From Candidatus Methanomethylicia archaeon (GTDB taxonomy: Archaea; Thermoproteota; Methanomethylicia; CALHIW01): 27,348 nucleotides of DNA. Each line of letters opens with the position of its first letter. Positions within the stretch are counted from its first letter, which is position 1. The position numbers were made by a program, and so were the translations under genes. The DNA lies in NCBI GenBank assembly GCA_038845975.1, contig JAWBQF010000033.1, positions 1 through 27,348 on the forward strand, read 5' to 3'. A model generated the notes under the pieces. That model saw only the letters and a list, made by a program, of their open reading frames with translations, was not told the DNA's origin and ran no database searches. Below, piece by piece: positions 9,542 through 19,700 of this stretch.

Positions 9542-11770
9542 ATGGTCAAATTTAAGCAAACAGAAGAGATAGAAAAAATCATGACAAATTTGGAGCAAGT
9601 AAGAAATATAGGTACACTTGCCCACGTAGATCATGGTAAAACAACACTATCAGACTCTCTATTGTTAGCCGCTGGTATGATATCGCCAAAAGTAGCTGGA
9701 AAAGCACTAGCATTAGACTATGTTGAAATAGAGCAATTACGACAAATGACAGTAAAAGCAGCAAATGTTTCACTATACCATGAAAGAGGAGGAAAACCAT
9801 ACGTTATAAATCTAGTAGATACCCCTGGTCATGTTGACTTCACTGGTCATGTAACGAGAAGTTTACGTGTTATGGATGGAGCAATTGTTGTTGTTGATGC
9901 TGTTGAAGGTGTTATGACACAAACAGAAACCGTTGTTCGTCAAGCTCTAGAGGAAATGGTTCGTCCTTTACTTTATGTCAATAAGATCGATCGATTAATT
10001 CGTGAGCTGCGTCTTTCATCTCAAGAGATTTTACAACGTCTCCTAAATATCATTAAAGAATTTAACATGCTCATTGACATGTATGCAAGTCCTAGTGTTA
10101 AAAATGAATGGAAAGTAGATCCTAATAAAGGACAAGTAGCATTTGGCGCAGCTCTGCATAAATGGGGATTTACTTTACCAATAATGCAGAAAAAAGGTTT
10201 TAAATTTAGTAACATCATTGAAACATATGAGCGTGGTGGAGAAGCTATTGAAGAACTTGCTAAAGAACTACCGCTATACGAAGCTATTTTAAATATGGTT
10301 GTTGATCATGTTCCTAATCCTAAAATCGCTCAGAAATATAGAATTCCTAAACTTTGGAAAGGTGATTTAAATAGTGATGTCGGTAAGTCAATGCTAGAAT
10401 GTGATCCTAATGGTCCTACTGTTATATGTGTAAGCAAAGCTATTGTTGATCCCCATGCTGGATTAGTTGCTACTGGTAGGGTATTTAGCGGTACTGTTTA
10501 TGAGGGTGAAACAGTTTACTTATTAGGCGCTAAAGAGGATGGAAAAGTTCTACAAGTTTCATTATATATGGGTCCATATCGAGAAATAATCTCCAAAGTT
10601 TCTGCTGGTAATATTGCTGCTGTTCTGGGTCTAGACCATGCAAGAGCTGGTGAAACTATTGTTGATATTAGTTTAAAAGGTGCTATGATTCCATTTGAAC
10701 GTTTAAGATATATTAGTGAACCTGTTGTTACCATAGCTATTGAGCCCATTCATAGTAAAGATTTACCGAGACTTATTGATACATTAAGGAAAATGGCTAT
10801 TGAAGATCCTACTTTAAGGATTAAAATTAATGAAGAAACAGGTGAGTACTTAATTAGCGGTATGGGGCAACTTCACTTAGAAATTGCTTTATGGGATTTG
10901 AAACAGCGTACTAGCGGTTTGGAAGTAAAGACAAGTCCTCCTATTGTTATGTATCGTGAAGCTGTACGAATAGCTTCAAATATTTTTGAAGGTAAAAGTC
11001 CTAACAAACATAATAGAGTTATGTTCATAGTTGAACCTCTAAATGAAGAAACATTAAAACTCCTAGCTGATGGCAAGGTTTTTGAGGATCAGGAATGGCG
11101 TGAACGTGCTAAAATTCTACGTGAGTATGCTAATTGGGATACAGATGAAGCTAGAGGTATCTGGGCTATTGATGATCATTTTAATATGCTAGTTGATATT
11201 TCTAAAGGTATTCAATATCTAAGAGATATTAAAGATCATATTATTAATGGTTTCAGATGGTGCATGAATGAAGGCCCTCTAGCTAAAGAACCGTGCAGAG
11301 GTATTAAAGTAAAGCTTATTGATGCTGTAGTTCATGAAGATCCAGCTCATCGTGGTCCAGCTCAAATTATTCCTGCTACTAGGGATGCAATATTTGCTGG
11401 CATTCTTTCTGCACGCCCTACACTACTTGAACCAGTCTTAAAAATTGAGGTTAAAACACCACAGGAGCAGATCGCTGGCGTCCTAAAGGTTTTGAACACT
11501 CGTAGAGGTAAAATAGTTAATATTGAACAAGCAGGTTATTTAAATACAGTTAAAGGAGAAATTCCTGTTGCCGAAACCTTTGATCTTGCTACTGAAATGC
11601 GAAGCTTAACTTCTGGTAAAGCGTTTTGGGCTACAGAATTTCTAAAATGGTCTCCAGTTCCTGAAAACATGCTTCACGACATTATTGCAAAAATTAGAGA
11701 ACGTAAAGGTCTCTCTCCAAATATTCCAAGAGTTGTATTTAATCCTGACGGTAGTGTAGTAATTAAATAA
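9542..11770 (+). CDS. fusA: Translation elongation factor 2 (aEF-2)
   Basis: AHVDHGKTT, DTPGHVDF, NKID and diphthamide loop HEDPAHRGPAQ. SD-like AGGTGA at 9531-9536 favours ATG 9542 over GTG 9533. Confidence 0.98.
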   Translation: MVKFKQTEEIEKIMTNLEQVRNIGTLAHVDHGKTTLSDSLLLAAGMISPKVAGKALALDYVEIEQLRQMTVKAANVSLYHERGGKPYVINLVDTPGHVDFTGHVTRSLRVMDGAIVVVDAVEGVMTQTETVVRQALEEMVRPLLYVNKIDRLIRELRLSSQEILQRLLNIIKEFNMLIDMYASPSVKNEWKVDPNKGQVAFGAALHKWGFTLPIMQKKGFKFSNIIETYERGGEAIEELAKELPLYEAILNMVVDHVPNPKIAQKYRIPKLWKGDLNSDVGKSMLECDPNGPTVICVSKAIVDPHAGLVATGRVFSGTVYEGETVYLLGAKEDGKVLQVSLYMGPYREIISKVSAGNIAAVLGLDHARAGETIVDISLKGAMIPFERLRYISEPVVTIAIEPIHSKDLPRLIDTLRKMAIEDPTLRIKINEETGEYLISGMGQLHLEIALWDLKQRTSGLEVKTSPPIVMYREAVRIASNIFEGKSPNKHNRVMFIVEPLNEETLKLLADGKVFEDQEWRERAKILREYANWDTDEARGIWAIDDHFNMLVDISKGIQYLRDIKDHIINGFRWCMNEGPLAKEPCRGIKVKLIDAVVHEDPAHRGPAQIIPATRDAIFAGILSARPTLLEPVLKIEVKTPQEQIAGVLKVLNTRRGKIVNIEQAGYLNTVKGEIPVAETFDLATEMRSLTSGKAFWATEFLKWSPVPENMLHDIIAKIRERKGLSPNIPRVVFNPDGSVVIK

Positions 11771-11933
11771 TAACCATTATTTATCTCATAAACACTTACT
11801 TAATCCAAGATTATATAATAGAATGCCAAATTACCGGTCTAACGATCAGTTCTTACCTATATTAAGAATAGAATTAATTTTTCATACATGGAAAAAACAG
11901 AAGACAAAACGTTAAGTATTTTAAGAACTCAAA

Positions 11934-12025
11934 TGCGGCCGCCGGGATTTGAACCCGGGATCGGTGGCTCGGGAGGCTTACGGAATTAAAATCTCACACC
12001 GTCCTAACCACTAGACCACGGCCGC
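11934..12025 (-). tRNA. tRNA-Gly(CCC) with 19-nt non-canonical intron at position 29/30 (intron 11978-11996)
   Basis: Minus strand folds with acceptor stem GCGGCCG/CGGCCGC, D arm GTCTAGTGGTTAGGAC, T loop GTTCAAATC. Anticodon arm GTG|GC-CTCCCGA-GCCAC forms once TGAGATTTTAATTCCGTAA is removed. CCA not encoded. Confidence 0.95.
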
Positions 12026-12044
12026 TGCTATTATTTTAGTTTTG

Positions 12045-12060
12045 CTTTTAAAAAGCTTAT
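12045..12060 (-). promoter_or_regulatory. Putative BRE/TATA promoter of tRNA-Gly
   Basis: Minus strand ATAAGC-TTTTTAAAAG about 20-35 bp upstream of the tRNA 5' end. Confidence 0.55.
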
Positions 12061-12072
12061 CGGCACTTTAAG

Positions 12073-12280
12073 GGCCTTGTTAACTTAAGCATGTTTTATC
12101 ACCTCTATTTTGGTATTGTATCTTCTATGAATTCCTTAGCTTTATCTTTTTGTAATCCAGTTTGTTAGCTATACTATTGGTTTTATAAGATGGATACATG
12201 TTCACTATTGCGTTTATCCTTTATATACGTATGTAGTTATCGAATAGCTTAGTTTTATCCTAATGTATTATTCTCTCCAT
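12073..12280 (-). mobile_element. Truncated right end of an IS6 related to 8657-9373, inverted orientation
   Basis: Reverse complement of about 9155-9373; terminal ~60 bp differ at one position. Cut off by the IS5-like element at 12281. Confidence 0.85.
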
Positions 12281-13250
12281 AGCTTTGTGGCTTAATTATT
12301 GTTGTGTGTTTGCTCTTTGTTTTGGTGTTAGGTTTGTGTTTATAGGTTTATGATTGTGTTGTATATGTATGCTTTTATTGTAGCTCTTTGGCTATGTTTG
12401 TTAGCTCCTTAGCCATGCAGTAATCGCCGAAGATACGCTTGAATGTTGAGAATGTTGTTTCAACAGCTCAACGTCTACCGTAGCCCATCATCCCCGCCCA
12501 TCCTTCATCACCCATCCTTCCGATAAGCCTAACCATCCTACATCTCTCCGGAGGACCTCTATCATCTCTAGCATTACGTCTAGGCTTTATGACGGGTTTT
12601 ACACCCATCCCTCTAAGAAGCTTGTAGGCTTCAGAATTATCGTAAGCTCCATCCATAACAGCTTCAGAAACCCTCCTAAGCTTAGATGCATCCTTGATTA
12701 ATGCTGGTAGCGCCTCCGAGTCGTGGAAATCGTCCGTGGTTACCTCCATAGCTAAAACCTCCTTGGTCTTAACGTTTACTGCGAAGTGGATCTTGATGTA
12801 GTGCTTCCTTCTGCCATATACGCGTGTAACCCATCCGCCGGACTTATGGACGCTAACACCGCTCGAGTCTACGGCTATAGTGACTGGCTCGTTGGAAACC
12901 CTCAACGAATCGTATAAAGATGGGTTAAGCGTTAATATACGTCTCCTAATCCATGAGTAGTCTGCTGATGGAAGGGATAAGCCTGTTCAAAGCCTTAGTG
13001 AAGCCTTCAAGCTGTCTGTAAGGCATTGAGAAGAGATAACGTACAACCATAAGGAATTCAACATACCTAACGGTAAGCTTGAAGGGATGACCAACCTTAC
13101 CACGATTCAAATCCATAAGCTCAACATCATAGCCTTCAGAAATTCCAGGCTAAGAAGAAGCTCACCACGCATAATCAAACACTCATCAACAACAGACCAA
13201 TACATAAACTAAAGATTCAATAAACCAAAAATTAATTAAGCCACAAAGCT
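12281..13250 (-). mobile_element. IS5-family (IS903/ISH1-like) element with frameshifted transposase
   Basis: Perfect 18-bp IRs AGCTTTGTGGCTTAATTA (12281-12298 / 13233-13250). Pieces read PYRQLEGF, DYSWIRRR, IAVDSSG, KIHFAVN, DGAYD. No TSD. Confidence 0.9.
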
Positions 13251-13360
13251 AAAATCGCTAAAAAGTATGGGTTATCGCTTTTTGAAGATTCTTCTCACGT
13301 ACATGGCGCTAAATATAAAGGTAAAAAGTTGGAACATTCGGAGACGCTTCTGTATTTAGC
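13251..13360 (+). pseudogene. Internal fragment of a DegT/DnrJ/EryC1/StrS sugar aminotransferase
   Basis: With two frameshifts reads KIAKKYGL...EDSSHVHGAKYKGKKVGTFGDASVFS, matching the EDxAxAxGA..KGK..G.FG....FS signature. Confidence 0.75.
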
Positions 13361-13898
13361 TACAAGCTTCATTTGGCTGTTGACGCCCATTCAGAGCTTC
13401 ATTAGCTGCATTAGTTGCTCCAGCAAACGAAAACGAGAAAAAACATGCTCCAAAGCTTTTAGAGAAGATGGTTAAAGCATCAAATGGCCAAATTAAGGTT
13501 TTAGTGGCTGATTTCCAGTATTCAAGCAGAAGGCTCAGAAAAAACATTTCCAATAGTGGAATAACACCCATAATACTATATCCTTCAAACCAGAAGCCAG
13601 TTGACGCAGAGCTTCTACGCGTAGACAAACACTTCAGAACCCATGGAACTGAAAGGCTGAAGAGGCTTTACGCATATAAGGCTTCGGCAGAAAGGGTCAT
13701 TTCAAGGCTAAAACAGCATTTAAGCCTAGAAAACCATAAGGTCAGAGGCCTAGAAACACCTTAACACACGCCCTATTATGCATAATAACCATGCTGCTCA
13801 TTGCATTGACAGCAGTAAAACACGGAAAACCGGACAAAATCAGGACAATAACAAACATCACATAAAATAAACAAGAAAACATCAATTTAGCAACAACC
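13361..13898 (+). mobile_element. 3' half of a DDE transposase (IS4/IS5-type DDE_Tnp_1) with probable right end
   Basis: YKLHLAVDAHSE, PANENE, LVADFQY, LYAYKASAERVISRLK; frameshift near 13755; candidate terminus ATTTAGCAACAACC at 13885-13898. Confidence 0.75.
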
Positions 13899-14269
13899 TA
13901 GCGCGCTACATTCCCTTTAAATTATCATCCATTATTCCAAGATCCTGAAGCGCTTTTTCCTGAATATAAAGACAACGCTAGATTTTAACAATAAAAATCA
14001 ACTTTTCTAACCATTATCTTGAGGACTGCTTCTGACTTAACGTTGCTTGATGGAGCATAATCCTCCACTCCATCCTACCGACGATTATGAATACTGCTAA
14101 GAGTTTTCAGATGAGTTCATACAGTTCCATAATATATTTGGGATAAGAAGACATTCTTTAAGTTTCGAAACTAAATATCCAAGGTTAATTATAATCAATA
14201 AATTATCGATAACTGTCTTTGTAGGAAAAACATTTCCACTCTTCTTTTAATATTTTTCATGAAATTTAA

Positions 14270-14563
14270 TTAAAATCTGCATCCATTCTCGGCAATTATG
14301 GATTTATAACCGAGGGTTTGCTCAAATACATGTCCGATAGTTGCTAAATCATCGTCTAATTTACATCCAACATATGCATAGTATTTTCTTATTTGCCGTA
14401 CCCAACAATGTCACAATCGCCTCTTTTAAACTCAAATTTCCTTAGTGTAATATCGCATCTTAATTTTCTTCCATCAAATAACTTCATTTAACCGCTTAAT
14501 AATGCATTTCTAACCTTATCAGCCATCAGGTGCTTCAATAGTTATTTTATCCTCTTCTTTCAT
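14270..14563 (-). pseudogene. Possible heavily decayed PD-(D/E)xK nuclease gene
   Basis: Across shifted frames reads KFEFKRGDCDIVGYG / YYAYVGCK / IGHVFEQTLGY, resembling D...ExK...GQ..GY. Confidence 0.3.
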
Positions 14564-14711
14564 GTTTACCACTCATAGTTCACATTCATTACATTCCTTT
14601 TGAACAAAAATACCTATCTAAAGTTAAACGATCAAACTAATATGTTAAGTTACTTCTAACCATTTATCAATTAAAATATATTTCTCTGGTAATATGTTAG
14701 TAGGGGTATAG

Positions 14712-15278
14712 ATGTTTGAATGGATTTTAATATTTATAATGCTAATAGTCATTATCATTCTATTCATAAAGTACTCAAAGCTTAAAGGGGAAGTATCAAT
14801 AGAAGCTAGGAAAATATTTGAAGAATGGAGAGGAAGGGAAATTGAGAATATAAGGAGGGAATATGATTTGAAGGTAGAGGAGAAAGCTAAGATGATGTTT
14901 GAGGATTGGAGGCAAAGAGAGGAGGAGAAGATAAGAATGGATGCTATAGCTAAAAGCACATCAACAATTATAGGTAAAGTTGGAGAACAATTAGCACCAA
15001 TACTTATACTTTCAAACTATGGAGTAAACCCTAAAGACTTGAGGTTTATAGGTACACCCATAGACTACATAGTGTTTAAAGGATTAAGCGATGAGAAGCT
15101 TGAAAAAATAATATTTGTTGAGGTTAAAAGTGGAAAAATACCATCACTAACACAGAGAGAAAGAAGAATAAGAGAAGTTATTGAATCGAGAAACATTGAA
15201 TACCTATTAATACACATACCTGAAGAACTAGAAAAAATAAAACAACTAAATCCTAAAATACAAACAGAAACAACATAA
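14712..15278 (+). CDS. Holliday-junction-resolvase-like endonuclease with N-terminal membrane anchor and coiled coil
   Basis: N-terminal hydrophobic helix; GKVGEQLAP, DLRFIGTPIDYIVFKG, IIFVEVKSG and LTQRERRIR are typical of the Endonuc_Holl family. Confidence 0.85.
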   Translation: MFEWILIFIMLIVIIILFIKYSKLKGEVSIEARKIFEEWRGREIENIRREYDLKVEEKAKMMFEDWRQREEEKIRMDAIAKSTSTIIGKVGEQLAPILILSNYGVNPKDLRFIGTPIDYIVFKGLSDEKLEKIIFVEVKSGKIPSLTQRERRIREVIESRNIEYLLIHIPEELEKIKQLNPKIQTETT

Positions 15279-15409
15279 ACTAAATAACAAAGAAAGAAAG
15301 TCAGCCAAGCATCCTAAAGTAAAAATTGAATAAATAAGATGGGCTAAATGGAGAAGAAGAATTGGAAAGATAGTTTCATCAAGATCTTTAAAGAATAAGG
15401 ATAGGGTAT

Positions 15410-15546
15410 AGTGGTTAGAGTAAGAGTTAGGTTAGGAACGTTGAAGAAGAGGGAGAGATAATGGAGAAAGTAATTCTCCTTAATGCTGGTTACGAATCAG
15501 AAACTCTAAAGTAATTCTACCTAATAACTGTTGCTGAAAGACTTTA
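15410..15546 (+). pseudogene. Possible remnant of a small clan-AA aspartyl-protease-like archaeal gene
   Basis: Fragments read VVRVRVRLG, LLNAGYESET, VILP and VAERL, with frameshifts. Confidence 0.3.
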
Positions 15547-15681
15547 ACTTATATAAATATCATAAGTGAAAAATAAATGGTTAATCTTACATTACGCTTA
15601 ATATAAAAGATTAAATAGCGTAGTAAATCGATGTAAAATTGGTTTTAAGCTTAAGTTATCTGAAGACATACTCCCTAATAT

Positions 15682-16545
15682 TTACTTTAATAATCTCTTT
15701 AAATACTTAAGTAATGCGCTTAAGCCTTGTGGTAGAAATATTATTAGACATATAATCATACCTCCAAATATGATAAATCTTATTTCCTCAGTAACTCGTA
15801 GTGCTTCTAGTACAAAAATAAGGATAAATGAACCGAAAATTGGGCCTAAAACTGTTCCAGCACCACCAAGCAAGTCCATTAGGAATAGTTCAAAAGAGGT
15901 AGAGACCTCCATCATGCTTGGAGTTAGAACTTGTATGTAATGAGCATAAAGGCTTCCTGCAATCCCTGCTAGAAATAGAGCTATTATGGAACATAGTAAT
16001 CTACTCCTAATAACATCTATTCCTAAAGTTTCAGCTAATATATCATCTGTTTTTATTGTTTTTAAAGTATAATACCATTTAGACCTATGCAGCTTAATGA
16101 ATGAAAGAAATACTACTAGAAATATTATTAATGATAAATAGTAAAATGGTGATCTATCAAATCCATAGAAGTTTATCTCTAAGTTTCCTATATGAATTGT
16201 TGGAAATGGGGGTATACCCCATAAGCTTCTTACACCTCTAGTTAACTCATCCCATTCGACCACAATTAATCTTAGTATTTCGCCATAAGCTAAGGTAGCT
16301 ATAGCTATATAAGCTATATGCTTGAGCCTAAGTGATGCAATAATAGGCGGTAATCCAACCAAGACTGAGAAAAAGCCAGCCAATAATAAACCTAAAAGCA
16401 GATTTAAATCAAGCTTTAACGCTAGGAGTGCTGAGAAATAGGCTTCAATTCCCCAAATAGCTCCATAACTAAAGTTCAATATATTTGCTAAACCAAACTG
16501 TATATCCCATCCAAATACTAAAATGCTGTATATGAATGATGTAGA
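15682..16545 (-). pseudogene. 5'-truncated branched-chain amino acid ABC transporter permease (LivM-like), orphan
   Basis: Frame opens after a stop near 16545 without a proper start (FIYSILVFGWDIQFGLANILNFSYGA). Contains YIAIATLAYGEI, LTRGVRSLWGIP, AGIAGSLYAH, LGGAGTVLGP. No partner subunits in the window. Confidence 0.8.
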
Positions 16546-16780
16546 TTACGAGAAATAAATATTAAGTCACAAACTAAGTTAACCACTTTTTTACTTCCTT
16601 GTTCCTTGATAAAGCCTCATAAACTTCTTTCGGATTATAAAAACAAAGTGAAGGTATGATTTTCATAACAGACTCCTTACACTGATCGTATGCTTTGATT
16701 CTATACTTTTATTTTCCGTCAAGTTTTAAATTTAACTTGGACATGTCATATCTTCAGAGAATATAATAGCAAATTTCCGT

Positions 16781-19700
16781 CTAAAATCCTATAGCAACAG
16801 ATAAAAATCCCTTTTCATAAATATCCATAATAATTTCTTTTGCTTTATCAGATGGTATGCCTATTTGCTGTGCTACTATTTTACAAGCTTCTGTAAGAGG
16901 AAGCCAAGAAGTCCTTCGAGAGGCTGAAGTTTCTACTATTTTCATTAGAATTAACGTTTCTTGCTCTTGTAAGTCTTTTATTTCCTTAATTAAAGCCTCT
17001 CTTAATTTGCGTTCTTCTTCAAATATAGTTTTATGGGTTTTTGGCAAATCCGAAATATGAGTGCCCTTTTCTGAAATATTGTTAAGCATTTCATCAAGCC
17101 AAGCTAATGCTCCTTCATAGAGGGTTACGAAGGACTCAAGCACGGATTCAATTTTATGTTTATCAGATTTCTCCAATTTAGGGAGGACATTATTTTTAAA
17201 TCTTTCTACAAACATGGAGCCAGCTTTTAACAACCGTTTTATATTCTCAAATAACTCTTCATATTGAGGAAAAAGTTTTTGAGCTTTTTTGTTAAGTTCT
17301 CCTATTTTCAATTGAGTTTTCTCACTTTTTTCAGCAATTTTATCAAAATCTCGAAAATTATCTATTTCTCCTTGAAGAGTTGTTAGAGTCTCTTCGTATT
17401 TTTGTGCAATTTCCTTCCTTTTCTCACTTAAAATTTGAGGAATTTTTTCTTCCCAAAATTTTTCATAAAACATTTTAAGAGATTCCAGCTTTTTAAGCGT
17501 GTCAACTAGACTTTGTTCAACTTCATACAAGGAATGTATTTTTGTTTTTGCATTTTTCGCTTTTTCAATTTCAGTTTGTAAAAATTCTACACGTCTGCCT
17601 ATTACTTGTTGAAGATCTGTTACGTTAATAACATTTACATTAAGTGGAAATGGTGATCTGCTTACTATAGTTTCCGCAATTCGTTTCGAAATGTTTAAAA
17701 AAAGGGGGCAAGTTTTAGTTGACTCATTTAGACTCATCCTTAAATAATTTTAAGAAAGCATTTGTAAGGTCCACTAACTTTTGCGTCAACTCATCCAATG
17801 AATTAAGTATGAGATTAAGATCATTGGCTCTTTTTCGAATCTCTTCTGCTTTTTTCTTGAGTAATACATACTTTACTACAGCCCATTCTCCTTTAACTCC
17901 TTCTTTTGCCTCCATTTCTTCATCAATATCAGTCCACAATTTTTCTTTTCGATAACTATCTTCTGAGTCTTTGTCGCCGGCCAATGGTTTAATCATTTCT
18001 TCCAAGTCTTCTTGAGATTCTTTGGAAGTCAAAAGGTGTTTAATTTCTTCCAATTCTGCGGCGATTTCAGTTAACTCACGGAGTTCAACTTGTAACCCGC
18101 TTAATTTCGTTGACTTTATTACATTATTAAGTACTTCTTTAAATCTTTGCTGAAGTTCACTCATTTCCATATTCAAACTTTCGGCAATCTCTTCACCTTT
18201 TTTATGGGAAGAAATAATTTTATCAACATAATGTTCGTACCACTCTACTAGCTCTTTAATGATAAAAGTGCGAGATCTAATAATGTCAGGATTGTCTGTT
18301 ACTGCTATTTCACTTAATAAATTTTCTATAGTCCTTTCGACTTCAAACAATGAGATTAATAGCCATCCTTTCTTTTTCCATGTCAAGATGTTTGCGAAGG
18401 AAGCATATGGTTTCAGAGCATCTTTCTTTTTTCAAAACTCTCAACAATACTTTCTCTTAACTCCTTTACTTCAGAAAGCTTTAGAAGGCTGATGCCACCA
18501 CGCTCTTCTGACAATAATAGTTTACGTTTCATATGGTCTAATAGTGAATCGAAAATTCTTGAAGCAACTTCTCTAAATATAAAATGTTTTGTTAATGTAG
18601 GCTTCGTGGTAATTCCACCATAATATTCCAGCAGCTCTATAATGCGGTTCTCACTTGGATGTTGTTGAATTATCAACTTTCCAGCATCTTCTTTCAAAAA
18701 TCCATAGTCTTTAAGTATTTCCACTTGTTTCTTTAGGTCATCTAAACCCATATCAGGTATTATTTCGCTCTTTACTCCGAACGGTAATAGATTCTTTAGC
18801 TTCCAATTTTTCCCAAGTTTCTTGTAGCGTTAGAGGTGTGCCAATTGTATTGATAAAAAACCGACATGCTAACGCTGTCCTTTCAATAAAACCTTCATAA
18901 CTAAGCAAATAACCGTTTTCCGCCATTTTTTTAATCCATTCTCCAATTCGTGAATTAAAATTGAATTTTTCAAGTATGTTCTCGTAAGCACGCAAAAGTA
19001 AACTTGAATCTATTTCAACACCTTTCCTTTTCGCTTGCGAGATGACTAACAATTTAACTAAATCTCTATGTTCTGCTAAAACTAAAACAGCTTGTGGCAA
19101 AAACGAAAGGTCTTCTAAAGCCTCTGGTTGGGGTTCACGATCTGTAACTATTAACATTAAGTGAACACCATGCCGTCGAATCTCTTCGGAGAACACCTTA
19201 ACATCTTCACGTGTAAGTCTCCCCTTTTTACATCTATTAAAACCGTTAATGGTAGAGATTTTGTTGGGTCGATGGGATGCTCAATTTCAAGCTTAAGAGG
19301 CCCCTTCATATTCTTCGACCAGGACTTTTTAAGCTCTTTAGCGCATCTAATAGTGACTCTTCGCACAATGATAAGGCGCCTCTTTCGTTAATCATTTCGT
19401 ACGCCTTTTTCCATAGCTCTAGTCGTATATTTTTATCTTTAATAAAATCCAATTCCAGGAACTCTGGGTTTGGATAGATATGCTGGATAAGTTCAGGCGA
19501 TATAAGATAGTAATCTTCCCCCGTAGAGTAAGGTGAAATTTTTCGCGAAATCCGTTGAGCTGAATTTAAATCAAGTTCTGGACATATATTCATTAAGATC
19601 CGATAATTTAAAGGTAGGAAAGTTTTCATCTTAAAAATCCTGGAGTTATTAGTAAAAACAAAAGAAATAAAATAATTTTTTAAATCTTCACTAATGTCCT

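Noticed and set aside
9542-11770. EF-2 as a divergent paralog because it lies outside the S12-S7 operon
   Set aside because: GTPase motifs and the HRG diphthamide loop are canonical, and a separate fusA is common in crenarchaeal lineages.
11934-11975. tRNA-Gly 3' end as attachment site for the accessory region
   Set aside because: No second copy of the tRNA 3' end was found in the window, and the accessory region lies on the tRNA's 5' side.
13354-13898. 12/14 direct repeat ATTTAGCTACAAGC / ATTTAGCAACAACC around the transposase fragment
   Set aside because: The left copy is explained by the coding junction (VFS / YKL); not a convincing TSD.
16546-16745. Remnant of a further gene downstream of the giant ATPase (MSKLNLKLDGK*KYRIKAY...)
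   Set aside because: Contains stops and no recognisable motif, so no product can be supported.
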